From: Zygnema circumcarinatum SAG 698-1b
Taxonomy: Eukaryota > Plantae > Zygnematophyceae
DNA: 64,000 nucleotides
Assembly: GCA_037447605.1 (NCBI GenBank)
Contig: CM074816.1
Coordinates: 1,255,873 to 1,319,872, forward strand
Direction of reading: 5' to 3'
Within the stretch, counting starts at the first letter, position 1. Each line of letters begins with the position of its first letter. The notes under the pieces are model-generated. The model did no database searches, had not been told where the DNA came from, and saw nothing but the letters and a program-made list of their open reading frames with translations. A program made the position numbers and the translations under genes. Of the stretch, positions 11,468-20,727 are shown piece by piece.

Positions 11468-12787
11468 ATGGACGCGAGCAGCCAACGAGAAAGTGACACT
11501 TGCGATGGCAGCTCAATCTTGGGCCTTCCGATGGTCCTCTTGGTGCTAATTCTCTTCAGGGCTGTTGACGCCAAAGATTTTATGACGAGCGCTTTGCGGC
11601 TGTCAACTGTTTGCAAGGCCTTTCAAGAAGCGGTGCAGGCATTCACGGAAGCAAGTATTGGAATGAGAACAATGGCTGCCATAAAAACAAGAGTTCATGG
11701 AGAGAAAGCTCAATTTCTTGAAATTGGAAAACTTGTGCGTCTAACGCCGAAGGTGGAGTCCCTTATTGTTAATTGCGTTGTTAACCCGTCCGATACCGAG
11801 CCTAGGGATCCCTTTATTCCTGTTAATGGCCTTTCTCTTTCGTCCTATAGTGTCCTTTTCTCATCACCCCCTCCCGGGCCTAGTTTTCCCGTTGTTCCTT
11901 CGATGATATCTTCTTGGTCGACTGTGATTGGGACTACTCTTCGAAACTTGTCTATCAAGATGAAAGGAGGTCTCAATTGGAAGCATTTCCAAGCTCTCAG
12001 CAGCTTTTCAGTTCTTGAAAGCCTAACTGCCAGTGTTGCGCTTGGTCCGGATATAGCCAATTGCAGAGTTCTTGAAAGTGTGAAGAGGCTTCGTGTCAAT
12101 GTAAAAACACGATTGGACGATGGAATTTTATCGTGCTTTCTTAGGCTGTTTCCCAATCTCACCTTTCTGGGCTTCTGCCATGATTCTTTTCCGACGCTCA
12201 AAAGATATGACAGTCTCATTGAACACGCTATCGTGGAAGAGCTAGATGTAAGTGGAAATTATCATGGTTTGAAAATTACATGTCCTCGGTTGAAAGTTTT
12301 CAGTCTTCATGCATATGTAGACGAGTTGGTATTCGGGCACAACGGTTGCTTGGATGAGATCCGTCTACTCGCATGGATCCGCGACCTCAGATTTGAAATG
12401 GAGTCGTTGAGAAATGAACTCCATAATTCCATATTCAAATTTACCTTATACAAGGAGGATATTATTTTCAAGTTTCTTCTGAGGAGCATGAACAGTCTGG
12501 AAAAGGTCGAGGTGACAAGAAACTGCGGATTACGTTGGGTGAACGTCTGTAAGGCTTTGAAGGATACTTTTCTTTTCCCTCGACTTGCTGAACTTACGCT
12601 TTTAGAAGTTGAGAAGTCTCTCGATATACAGGTATCACTTGAGTGGCTGAAAGTCAGCCCGAAGCTGCAACATATGCGCTTCGAATCATGCCCAAAGGCA
12701 GACAGGGTCGACGGCGATGATGCGCTCATGGAGAAGATTGAAGAATTAAAAAAGTTGTTTCCAAGGGTTTGCAACAGTCTGGTGTGA
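11468..12787 (+). CDS. F-box/LRR-type protein copy B, intact single-exon ORF, 439 aa
   Basis: ATG at 11468 (MDASSQRESD...). F-box-like SILGLPMVLLVLILF...LSTVCKAF followed by LRR-like segments. Open to TGA at 12785-12787. Confidence 0.8.
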   Translation: MDASSQRESDTCDGSSILGLPMVLLVLILFRAVDAKDFMTSALRLSTVCKAFQEAVQAFTEASIGMRTMAAIKTRVHGEKAQFLEIGKLVRLTPKVESLIVNCVVNPSDTEPRDPFIPVNGLSLSSYSVLFSSPPPGPSFPVVPSMISSWSTVIGTTLRNLSIKMKGGLNWKHFQALSSFSVLESLTASVALGPDIANCRVLESVKRLRVNVKTRLDDGILSCFLRLFPNLTFLGFCHDSFPTLKRYDSLIEHAIVEELDVSGNYHGLKITCPRLKVFSLHAYVDELVFGHNGCLDEIRLLAWIRDLRFEMESLRNELHNSIFKFTLYKEDIIFKFLLRSMNSLEKVEVTRNCGLRWVNVCKALKDTFLFPRLAELTLLEVEKSLDIQVSLEWLKVSPKLQHMRFESCPKADRVDGDDALMEKIEELKKLFPRVCNSLV

Positions 12788-13945
12788 GATAGCAAATCGA
12801 CAAACGGTTTAACACACCAAGTGAGGGACTCCCACCTTTATAACGTGTATTTACTTTTTTGAAGAAGGAAGACGACAAATTTGAATGCTTTTGTTGCTTT
12901 TGCTTATGATTTTTGAATATTACATCTGTGCGTGTGCTTGCCTAACCTATGGTATAATGTTTTTTTTCACTTGTGTCTACTATCTTGCCTAACTCACCTA
13001 AGCTTGATGTTTTGGTGTTCGTTAGATTCATCACAGGTGGTTTTCCGGCCATTAGAGTTCCATGGACAGTTCTACTGAAGGAGGTCGCACGCTTGCTTTC
13101 AATTTCTGTTAGCAATGGCGATGCTTTGAGACTCGGTTCAAAAGCTTACGTTGGGACTGCAGAAGTGAGGCAGATTCATGATGAAAAGATCCCTTTTCAT
13201 TGAGATGCGGGCAAGTTTTTTTTGTTGCATAAGTGATATCGTTTGGATGTTTCAGTAACAGGTTCGGGTGCTTACTAGCGACATTTTAGCGCTTTTTTTG
13301 GCCTAGTTTAGGATGGTTACAGTCGTTCTTGTTGGCTGCTTCAGGTATCTTCAGACTCCTTTGGCCAATATTTGGATTTTTTTCCTTTGTTTGGCGACGC
13401 TCTGATGTTTCCTTTGGATGTTTGGGCCACCCTCTCGAGTCTTTTCACCCCCGTCTTTTTTGCCTTGGAAAAGCAACAGTTCCTACCGAATCCGCCGGTC
13501 CGTGTCGTTCCTGTAAAGTTGAGCAAAATCTGTCAGTGTGTATAAGCTCAAATCCACTGCTAGTGCTCCTTCTTTATATGCTGATGTCTCATTTGTCAGA
13601 GCATGACTCTGGGCAAATAATATTCAAATTGACTCCAAATAAAATATACAAAGACATAAATGCACACAGGAATCATACACATTCAAAATGCGGAATAAAA
13701 ATGGAGAAAGCCTGAAGGGCTTGAAACTACATTAAGAATAAACAAGGAGGTACAGCATAATAGTCAAGCCCACAGTTCTCACTACCAGCCTCTACAACTC
13801 CATATCCCTCAAAACAAGCATTGTAGGCTACCATCCACGCCTGGACCACACTCCTAATCCTATTTGTCCTAAGCAGCCACTTCCCTGTTGCACGCCTCCA
13901 CGTTCCACGTCCTCTCGACGTCTCCATGTCTCGGTAGGCACCTGC

Positions 13946-14061
13946 TATGCCATGCCATGCTATGCCCTACCATGCCCTACCATGCCCTACCATGCCCTAC
14001 CATGCCCTACCATGCCCTGCCATGCCCTGTCATGCCCTGTCATGCCATGCCATGCCATGCC
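13946..14061. repeat. (CCATG/CCCTACCATG)n microsatellite, in inverted orientation relative to the paralogous tract at 8272
   Basis: ATGCCATGCCATGCTATGCCCTACCATGCCCTAC... visible directly. Confidence 0.85.
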
Positions 14062-14190
14062 GTGACCTGCCCCACCGCCCTGCCGCAGTTCTCCTCCCCA
14101 GAGCGCCGGGTTCCATGAGCGCATTTCGTAACGGCCCGTAGCGGCCCACGGAGGATGCATCGTTTCGCAAAGGAACGCCGGCTCCATATA

Positions 14191-14993
14191 CAGTCTAATC
14201 ACGTTATAGTGACTGTGTCGGTCCCCACTAGGGATGGCTTAATTACGACTATATAATCTATATTATATTATATAACTGTGACGACTAAATAACGGCTGTT
14301 ATATAATACTTTACAACGCCTTTACAACATGTACGGTCGTACGGTCATACGCCAAAACGACCTAATTTTGGTATGGTACGACCGTACGACCGTACGAGTA
14401 CGGTCGTACGGTTGTTAATTGTTCAAAACGAGTGGGTATAATATATGTAATAAAGTGTTTTACTTTGTACTATATTACTACTTTTAAACCCGTTGTAAAG
14501 TATATAATATAGTCGGACTTTATAACGCGGGCCATCCCTAGTCCCCACACATTTGTGTCACTATATCGGTAATGACCCGTTTGTCATTTCACATTTATAG
14601 TAACAATGTTATTACATATGTTTTGCGGTATATCCGTACGACTTTGATACCGTACATTGTACTTTTTGGGCAGTCGTCACGTGGGTAGGTGTGTACGAAC
14701 CCTAGTGAGCATGTGTACGGACAAGTTGATATGTACGGTCAAGTCGATATCTGACGATATTAGTCGATAATGTGTACGGTCGTCATATATTTGTAACGCA
14801 TATTCCAATACGTGGGTGGATAATATCGACATTTTGAATATATAGTAACAATCAGGGTTTTTCAACGTCATTATATCCGTAATAGCGTCACTACTGGCGC
14901 AGGATCTGCAGTGGTGCAATTCCGTTCCCGGAAAAAAAGTCAGTATATTCATGCTGTTCTTATAAACAGTGTCACTATAACGTGATTAGACTG
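14191..14993. mobile_element. Non-autonomous Tc1/mariner-type MITE (803 bp including a nested insertion)
   Basis: Perfect 23 bp TIR CAGTCTAATCACGTTATAGTGAC (14191-14213), with its reverse complement at 14971-14993. TA on both sides. No transposase ORF. Confidence 0.9.
14229..14540. mobile_element. Non-autonomous hAT-type MITE (312 bp) nested in the Tc1/mariner MITE
   Basis: TIR TAGGGATGGC...GCCATCCCTA, resembling the Ac/Ds TAGGGATG end. Exact 8 bp TSD GTCCCCAC at 14221-14228 and 14541-14548. Interior rich in CGTACG/TACGAC motifs. Confidence 0.92.
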
Positions 14994-15327
14994 TATATAG
15001 AAACCACGTTATCCAATCAGCGGTCGCCACGTGGACTCCAGTCCAACGCCAGCGTTGCAGTCGCACGCTGCCGGATCTTTGGTAGCCACGTGGCGGCACG
15101 CGAATTGTCGGAAAGGCCGCCAATTGTCGGAAAGGCGCCTTCAGAGGTGAGTTGGGTGGTCCCGTCAGCGCTAACGTGGCAGCCACGCCGGCGCCACGTT
15201 GGCCAAACAGACCCCGGGGCCCGAATTGCGGGACGTCTTCTAAGCTCAGACGACTAGAGTCGTAGTGTCTCTCTGTCAAATCGTATAAATCAAATTTTGT
15301 TCGTAAAAATCCACAGATTCATATTCA

Positions 15328-16551
15328 AATTTGATGGTGGAGCCTCCAGAGAGGCTTCCCAAAAATAGCGTATGCCGCTATTTGTGCGAGGCGAACGGTA
15401 TTCTTTAGTAAAAGGCGAAAGAATAGTTCGCTATGCGCCTCACACGCGGCTGATAGTTATTCTGCCGGTCGCGGGCGCCTTTACCCGCGGCCTGGGCGCC
15501 AGCGCGGACGGCGTTGTGGGACATTGCGGGGCGCGCCGGCCGGGGAATCGGACAACGGGGAAGGGAAGTCTCGTGGGGCGATACGACACGATATCGATAT
15601 TTTTCGGTATCGTATCGCAACGTATCGGTATCGTATCGTGGGAGCCATGCACAGTTCGGACCAGTGGATCGGCAACCATTGGACAACCATTGGATGGCAA
15701 TGGTTGGACGTCTACTGGTCGGCAACCAGTCGACTGGTTCGGAACCAGTGGATGCCACTGGTTGGCAACCAGTCGAATGGTTGTTTCGATCCGGCGGCAC
15801 TGGTTGGCAACCAGTCGACTGGTTGTGAACCAGTGGCATCCACTGGTTGGCAACCAGTCGAATGGTTGTTTCGATCCGGCAGCACTGGTTGGCAACCAGT
15901 CGAATGGTTATATCCATTAAATCAAATGGTTGGCAACCATTAAATTGTCGGTGTACGGATCCCCGTATTGTCAATATACTGTAAATATTTTCCGTACGAT
16001 TTTCCGGCAATTTTAAAAAAATGCCGGAAAAATTGCCGGAAAATCGTACGGAAAATATTTACAGTATATCGACAATACGGGGATCCGTACACCGACAATT
16101 TAATGGTTGCCAACCATTTGATCACTGGTTCCGAACCAGTCGAATGGTTGTTTCAGTCCTGCGCCACTGGTTCGCAACCAGTCGACTGGTTTCCAACCAG
16201 TGGATGCCACTGGTTGGCAACCAGTCGACTGGTTTGGAACCAGTGGATGCCACTGGTTGGCAACCATTCGACTGGTTGCGAACCAGTGGCATCCACTGGT
16301 TGGCAACCAGTCGAATGGTTGTTTCGGTCCGCAACCACTGGTTGGCAACCAGTCGACTGGTTTGGAACCAGTGGATGCCACTGGTTGGCAACCAGTCGAA
16401 TGGTTGTTTCGATCCGCAACCACTGGTTGGCAACCAGTCGAATGGTTTGTCTAATGGTCCGATCTGTGGAGCCATGTGAACAGAGACGGCAGCTTTTCAT
16501 TGCGACAGTTCTGAGTTCTCGTGTAACCGTAAAACCGAACAGGTTGAGAAA
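15328..16551 (+). repeat. Dispersed ~415 bp repeat, copy 1 (interrupted by the foldback element)
   Basis: 15328-15649 plus 16469-16551 align collinearly with 19569-19983, sharing GGAGCCTCC(A/G)GAGAGGCTTCCCAAAAATAGCGTATGCCGCT... and ...AACCGAACAGGTTGAGAAA. Confidence 0.85.
15650..16468. mobile_element. Non-autonomous foldback-like DNA transposon, probably hAT (819 bp)
   Basis: 14 bp TIR CACAG(T/A)TCGGACCA and 8 bp TSD GAGCCATG (15642-15649, 16469-16476). Arrays of AACCAGTCGACTGGTT/TGGTTGGCAACCA units on both arms and a central inverted repeat with 94 bp arms. The empty site is seen in the paralog at ~19903. Confidence 0.92.
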
Positions 16552-17335
16552 AAACAGAAATTAAAGATTTTGGCTTCTAAAAATGAAAATAAATTCAAAA
16601 GCAGTAAAGCCTTGATGTACTCTCTACATCAATAAAATCTATATAGGAAGATTGCTTAAACAATAGTCGTTTACTTGGGCTTCTAACTTTTGCTGAAAAT
16701 TTAAAGGATTTTCTGGCCGGTGTGCTTTCTCCTACATTTCTTGGTTGATTAAGGGTCTTTTGCTGTGAGATATTAAAAACCTTTTAGGGTTAGGACTTAG
16801 GGTTTAGGGTTTAGGGTTAGGGTATCTACTGAGATTATCTACTGAGATTTTGCTCTTCAGATTGTGCTTTGTCTTTTTTCAGATCCACGTTTTGTAGATG
16901 CCTTCTAAAATGTTTTGATTGAGATCTTGAATAAGAGGGCATGGGAACATGTGAGTACACTGAAAAAAGTGGATCGTAGGCTTCAAATTTGGCGCGATGA
17001 TCTGCATTACAAAGCTCGAAATATTGAGTTCAAGTCATAAAAATCCAGATCGTGAAGCCCTAAACCCTAAATCTTCAACCCTGAATCTTAAACCCTCAAC
17101 CACTTCCAAAGAATCCCAATTCCAACACAGCCGATATGAGAAAACAAAGGGCTTTGGAGAAGATAAGGTAAAGACAACACGATTCTTTGATCTTTCAGTG
17201 ACACTGTTCCTATTATCTCGACCTTCTATGCCCGAATATTAACAGTACTTCAAAACCACCCCCATAAACTGAGAACACCCTTGAAACCCAAACGAAACGA
17301 AACAAAGCGAAACCCCTAAACCCCTAAACCCAATC

Positions 17336-19037
17336 CTAGTACACGGTCTTGAACACAACGCAGCGCCGCTTGAAGGGGAACAAATTCTCGTAATCCGGCG
17401 GTACATTGTACGCCTGATTCCACTCCAAATGTACCACAAAGGTAGAAATAGAGAGAACGATGCAGCGGTCGAGGAAGAAGCTCACTCCCGGAGAGTTCTG
17501 ATAAGTGCGCGCCTTAAGCACTGCCTCGTCTCCGCTGAGATAAAATTGGGTCCCTACGGAGCCGTTGTTGGGGGGACAGCCTTTGAAAATTCCTTCCGTG
17601 GTTTCGTCCACTTCCACTGCCACGTCGGAGCCGGTCTTGGAAGTGCGGAGAGGCGGGCTGAGGGGGTAGTCGGGGGAGGCTCCCTGGACGAGGTGGAAGG
17701 AGGGGATGGTGGTCTCATAGCCCGAGAAGTAGAAGTCACAAATTTCGAGAGGGGTGGAGGGGCACTCTTCGGGGCAGGGTGGAGGAGGGGAGGGAGGGGG
17801 AGGCGATGGGGGAGGAGGGGAGGGTGGAGGAGGGGAAGGTGGAGGAGGGGAGGGAGAGGGAGGGGGAGGAGATGGGGGAGGAGGGGAAGGAGGAGGAGGG
17901 GAGGGAGGAGGGGGGGAGGGAGAGGGAGGGGGAGGCGATGGGGGAGGAGGGGAGGGTGGAGGAGGGGAAGGTGGAGGAGGGGAGGGAGGAGGGGGGGAAG
18001 GAGAGGGAGGGGGAGGCGATGAGGGAGGAGGAGAGGGTGGAGGAGGGGAAGGAGGAGGGGAGGGAGGAGGGGGGGAGGGAGAAGCATATTTGCAGTCTAA
18101 CTTCTTAAAGAAGAGATGTTTATCCAATAAAATGCAGCGCCGATCATTGGGGTACTTCTGCTGCTGTGCGTCGTCCCATTCAAGTTGAATCGCTCCGTTG
18201 GATGTTGGAACGCGGAGGGAAGTGAGAGGGACAAGCAGGCAGGGATCTAGAAGCTTTTTGATCGGCATCTGTTACAATAAAAAAATACGCCTCATATGAG
18301 TTGTCCATAATGACCTGATTTTGTCTTTGTATTGCCCTTTTAGTTTTATTAGATTTAGCTAAAGAACAACAAATCAGAACCCTAAAAAAACGAAAAAAAA
18401 AAAAGAGCGATTAAGAAAAAACGTATAGGGAAGGAAAATAATAAGAAAGGGTGATATTTCTTTACTTCTTTCTTGCAGAGAAAAGAAACAATGGCTTCTT
18501 TGTCCACTTCTACAGCGGCGCCAGTGGCGGCATCGGTCACGTCCCATGTAGGCGCATCTCCAAAGCTGTACACGTGTCCTCACATAACTCCGTCAGTAGG
18601 CATGCTCAGATCTACCCGCTAAAATTCCGCTCTGGTGTATATATTTCTTACTAACCCGAAATAATAATTCAGGTTAGCACCTCAGTAACCCCATTAAAAT
18701 GTGTGCGCGGAGGAGAGGGACTAATCGCTTTGTATGCCTCCAATTTCCCACATCTTTGATACATAGAGACCAACATAAAGACACCCTTTTCCTACAGCAG
18801 CTTTTCCACGTGGCTGTTTATTGCTGAGGTGGCATCTAATGTGGCATGTGAGGTGGCATCTGACCTGTTAACGATGGTATTCAGTCGAAAGTCGCAACGT
18901 TTAGAAGCCGCCAAGGTACAGCCGCCCTCAGTGAGCAAAGCGGCGCCACGCAGAGGAACGGAGAGAAGTATCGCCGCCGCCATAGCCGCCACTGCTCCGC
19001 CCATCCCTCCCTTGCTCTGCCGCTTCGTGACCGCCAT
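17336..19037 (-). CDS. Secreted extensin-like/pherophorin-architecture hydroxyproline-rich glycoprotein, ~401 aa; exons 19037-18865, 18565-18466, 18268-17336
   Basis: Exons join in frame: ...NTIVN S|FGDAPTW...FLCKKE|MPIKK.... Hydrophobic signal-like segment AVAAMAAAILLSVPLRGA. Central ~100 aa (SPPPP)n rod flanked by two Cys-containing globular domains. Confidence 0.8.
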
Positions 19038-19070
19038 GGCGCGCTGCATGCCTCTGCATGCCAAGGCGGC

Positions 19071-19078
19071 CTTTTATA
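19071..19078 (-). promoter_or_regulatory. Putative TATA box of the HRGP gene
   Basis: TATAAAAG on the minus strand ~35 nt upstream of ATG 19037. This favours that ATG over the TTG start at 19064 in the ORF track. Confidence 0.55.
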
Positions 19079-19568
19079 TCCTCGCCGCGACGGAAACGTT
19101 CTGGCGGCAACCGACATTTTGGTCGGTGGCGTGGATCATGGGCTGCGTCGCACGCGTTCGGGTTTCAACTTTGGCGAGGGTGGATCGGTAGTTTTACCGA
19201 GGATGAGGAGGTCCTCGGGATCAACAACGTGTACGGACGGCAGTTGGATGTCTGCGGGGAGTACGGACGCATGTGCCAGTTTCAGACAAGTTCAAGGTTT
19301 AAGTTTGGCAGGTCCCAAGGTCGAACCTCGGCTCGGTAAAGGCGTACGTGCCGGCCACGGGCGGGTATGGACAGCAGCGTTGCAGACGTCGCATGAAGTG
19401 TTAAGCCTTGTGTTTCCATGAGTGTTTATTTATTTGTAACGAACGTCGACAGGCTCTTTAGTAGCTACACACTTTATCTTCAATATCCAGGCCTCAAAGA
19501 GTGAGGTTTTTTTTTTTTTGTTCCAGATGCCAACGATTATTCATATTTTAGAATCCAACTCCATGTTT

Positions 19569-19983
19569 AAAATTGATTGTGGAGCCTCCGGAGAGGCTTC
19601 CCAAAAATAGCGTATGCCGCTGTTTGTGCGAGGTACACGGTATTCTTTAGTAAAAGGCGAAAGAATAGTTCGCTATGCGCCTCACACGCGGCTCGTACCT
19701 CTTCCACTGATCGCGGGCGACTTTAGCCGCGCGGCCTGGGCGCCAGCGCGGACGGAATTGTGGGACATTTCGAGGCGCGCCTGGAGGACCGGACAAAAGG
19801 GAAGGGAAGTTTCGCAGCGATGCGATACGATATGATACGATACGATATTCATATTCCGTGGTATCGCTTCGCTTTCGCTTCGATCAGTGTCGTATTGGTG
19901 GAAGCCATGTGAACAGAGACGGCAGCTTTCAGCTCGACAGTTTTGAGTTCTCCTGTAACCGTGAAACCGAACAGGTTGAGAAA
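19569..19983 (+). repeat. Dispersed ~415 bp repeat, copy 2 (uninterrupted)
   Basis: Collinear with 15328-15649 plus 16469-16551. Single GGAAGCCATGTGAACAG empty site at ~19899-19915. Contains a (GATAC)n tract at 19820-19846. Confidence 0.85.
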
Positions 19984-20590
19984 TTGAGAAACGAGTTTAA
20001 TTAATTTCTCAATTCTCAATCTTAATATTGAATAGGGTTGAACTTTGAACACTCGAGGTCGAAACTTTTTCGTCTTAAGAAAGCTGAAGTTTTGAAGAAT
20101 TTGTTTTACCAACTCCGAACTGGAACATGGAAACGCTTGCAACAGAGAGCGCTCAAAATTCTCCGAGGTTAAAATCGGCATACTGAATTACTAAAATCTT
20201 ACGATTTCCTTTTTCCCTTGACGTGGTCTGACCTCGCAGGACAGACCTCCTTTCACTCTAAACCTCTTACAGCCATAAAATCCGTCACTCTGCCACCCCT
20301 AAAACCCTACAACCCCAAACCCAATTTCCATTTGGCTATGATAGCATAGGTCGCCTATTTGCTGCTTTTGAAGCCAATCTCAAGCCGTGCGAAGCAGCTC
20401 TGATTTCTTCCCTTTTATTCCGAACCAATGCCCGTTTTTGAAGAATATCTCCAAAACTGAACGCCAATTGCAAAGCAAAAAAAAAAGGGGAAGGGGGATG
20501 GGAGGGGCAAAAAAGCGCTAGAGAAAAAACACGGGGGGTGGTTTACAAGAAACTAAACGTAAATCCTAAAGGCCCTAAACCCAAGTACCT

Positions 20591-20705
20591 ACACCCTAGA
20601 GGCCCTGAACCCTAACCATTACACCCTAGAGGCCCTGAACCTTAACCCCTACACCCTAGAGGCCCTGAACCCTAGCCCCCACACCCTAGAGGCCTTGAAC
20701 CCTAA
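20591..20705. repeat. 30 bp minisatellite derived from telomere-like sequence, ~4 copies
   Basis: ACACCCTAGAGGCCCTGAACCCTAACC.. repeats at 20591, 20621, 20651 and 20681. Confidence 0.85.
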
Positions 20706-20727
20706 TTTCCAAGCCCCTCCCCCCCCC

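Larger units (their letters stand above)
3222..14124. repeat. Diverged tandem segmental duplication: unit A ~3222-8345, unit B ~8750-14124, plus a collapsed middle remnant ~8425-8748
   Basis: Collinear homology of the gag 3' end (3222 vs 8750), SMP gene, shared promoter block (5400-5790 vs 10920-11330), F-box gene and downstream sequence (7170-8200 vs 12790-13945). Many substitutions and indels, so this is not an assembly duplicate. Confidence 0.9.

Noticed and set aside
2636-14124. Interpreting gag plus the duplicated units as one complete LTR retrotransposon or endogenous virus
   Set aside because: No pol, LTR pair, PBS/PPT or viral hallmark genes. The duplicated content is intron-containing host genes.
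15372-16564. Overlapping repetitive ORFs (WLATSR, TGWQPV, LVGNQS) and resemblance of the array to CRISPR
   Set aside because: They lie inside the foldback transposon. Units are contiguous with no unique spacers, there are no cas genes, and the context is eukaryotic.
17429-18188. Plus-strand Gly/Arg- and Glu/Gly-rich ORFs
   Set aside because: These are antisense shadows of the Ser-Pro4 coding repeat.
19190-19340. Frame EEVLGINNVYGRQLDVCGEYGRMC, faintly like DUF2237 N-termini
   Set aside because: Too short, no supporting exons, and it lies in the HRGP promoter region.
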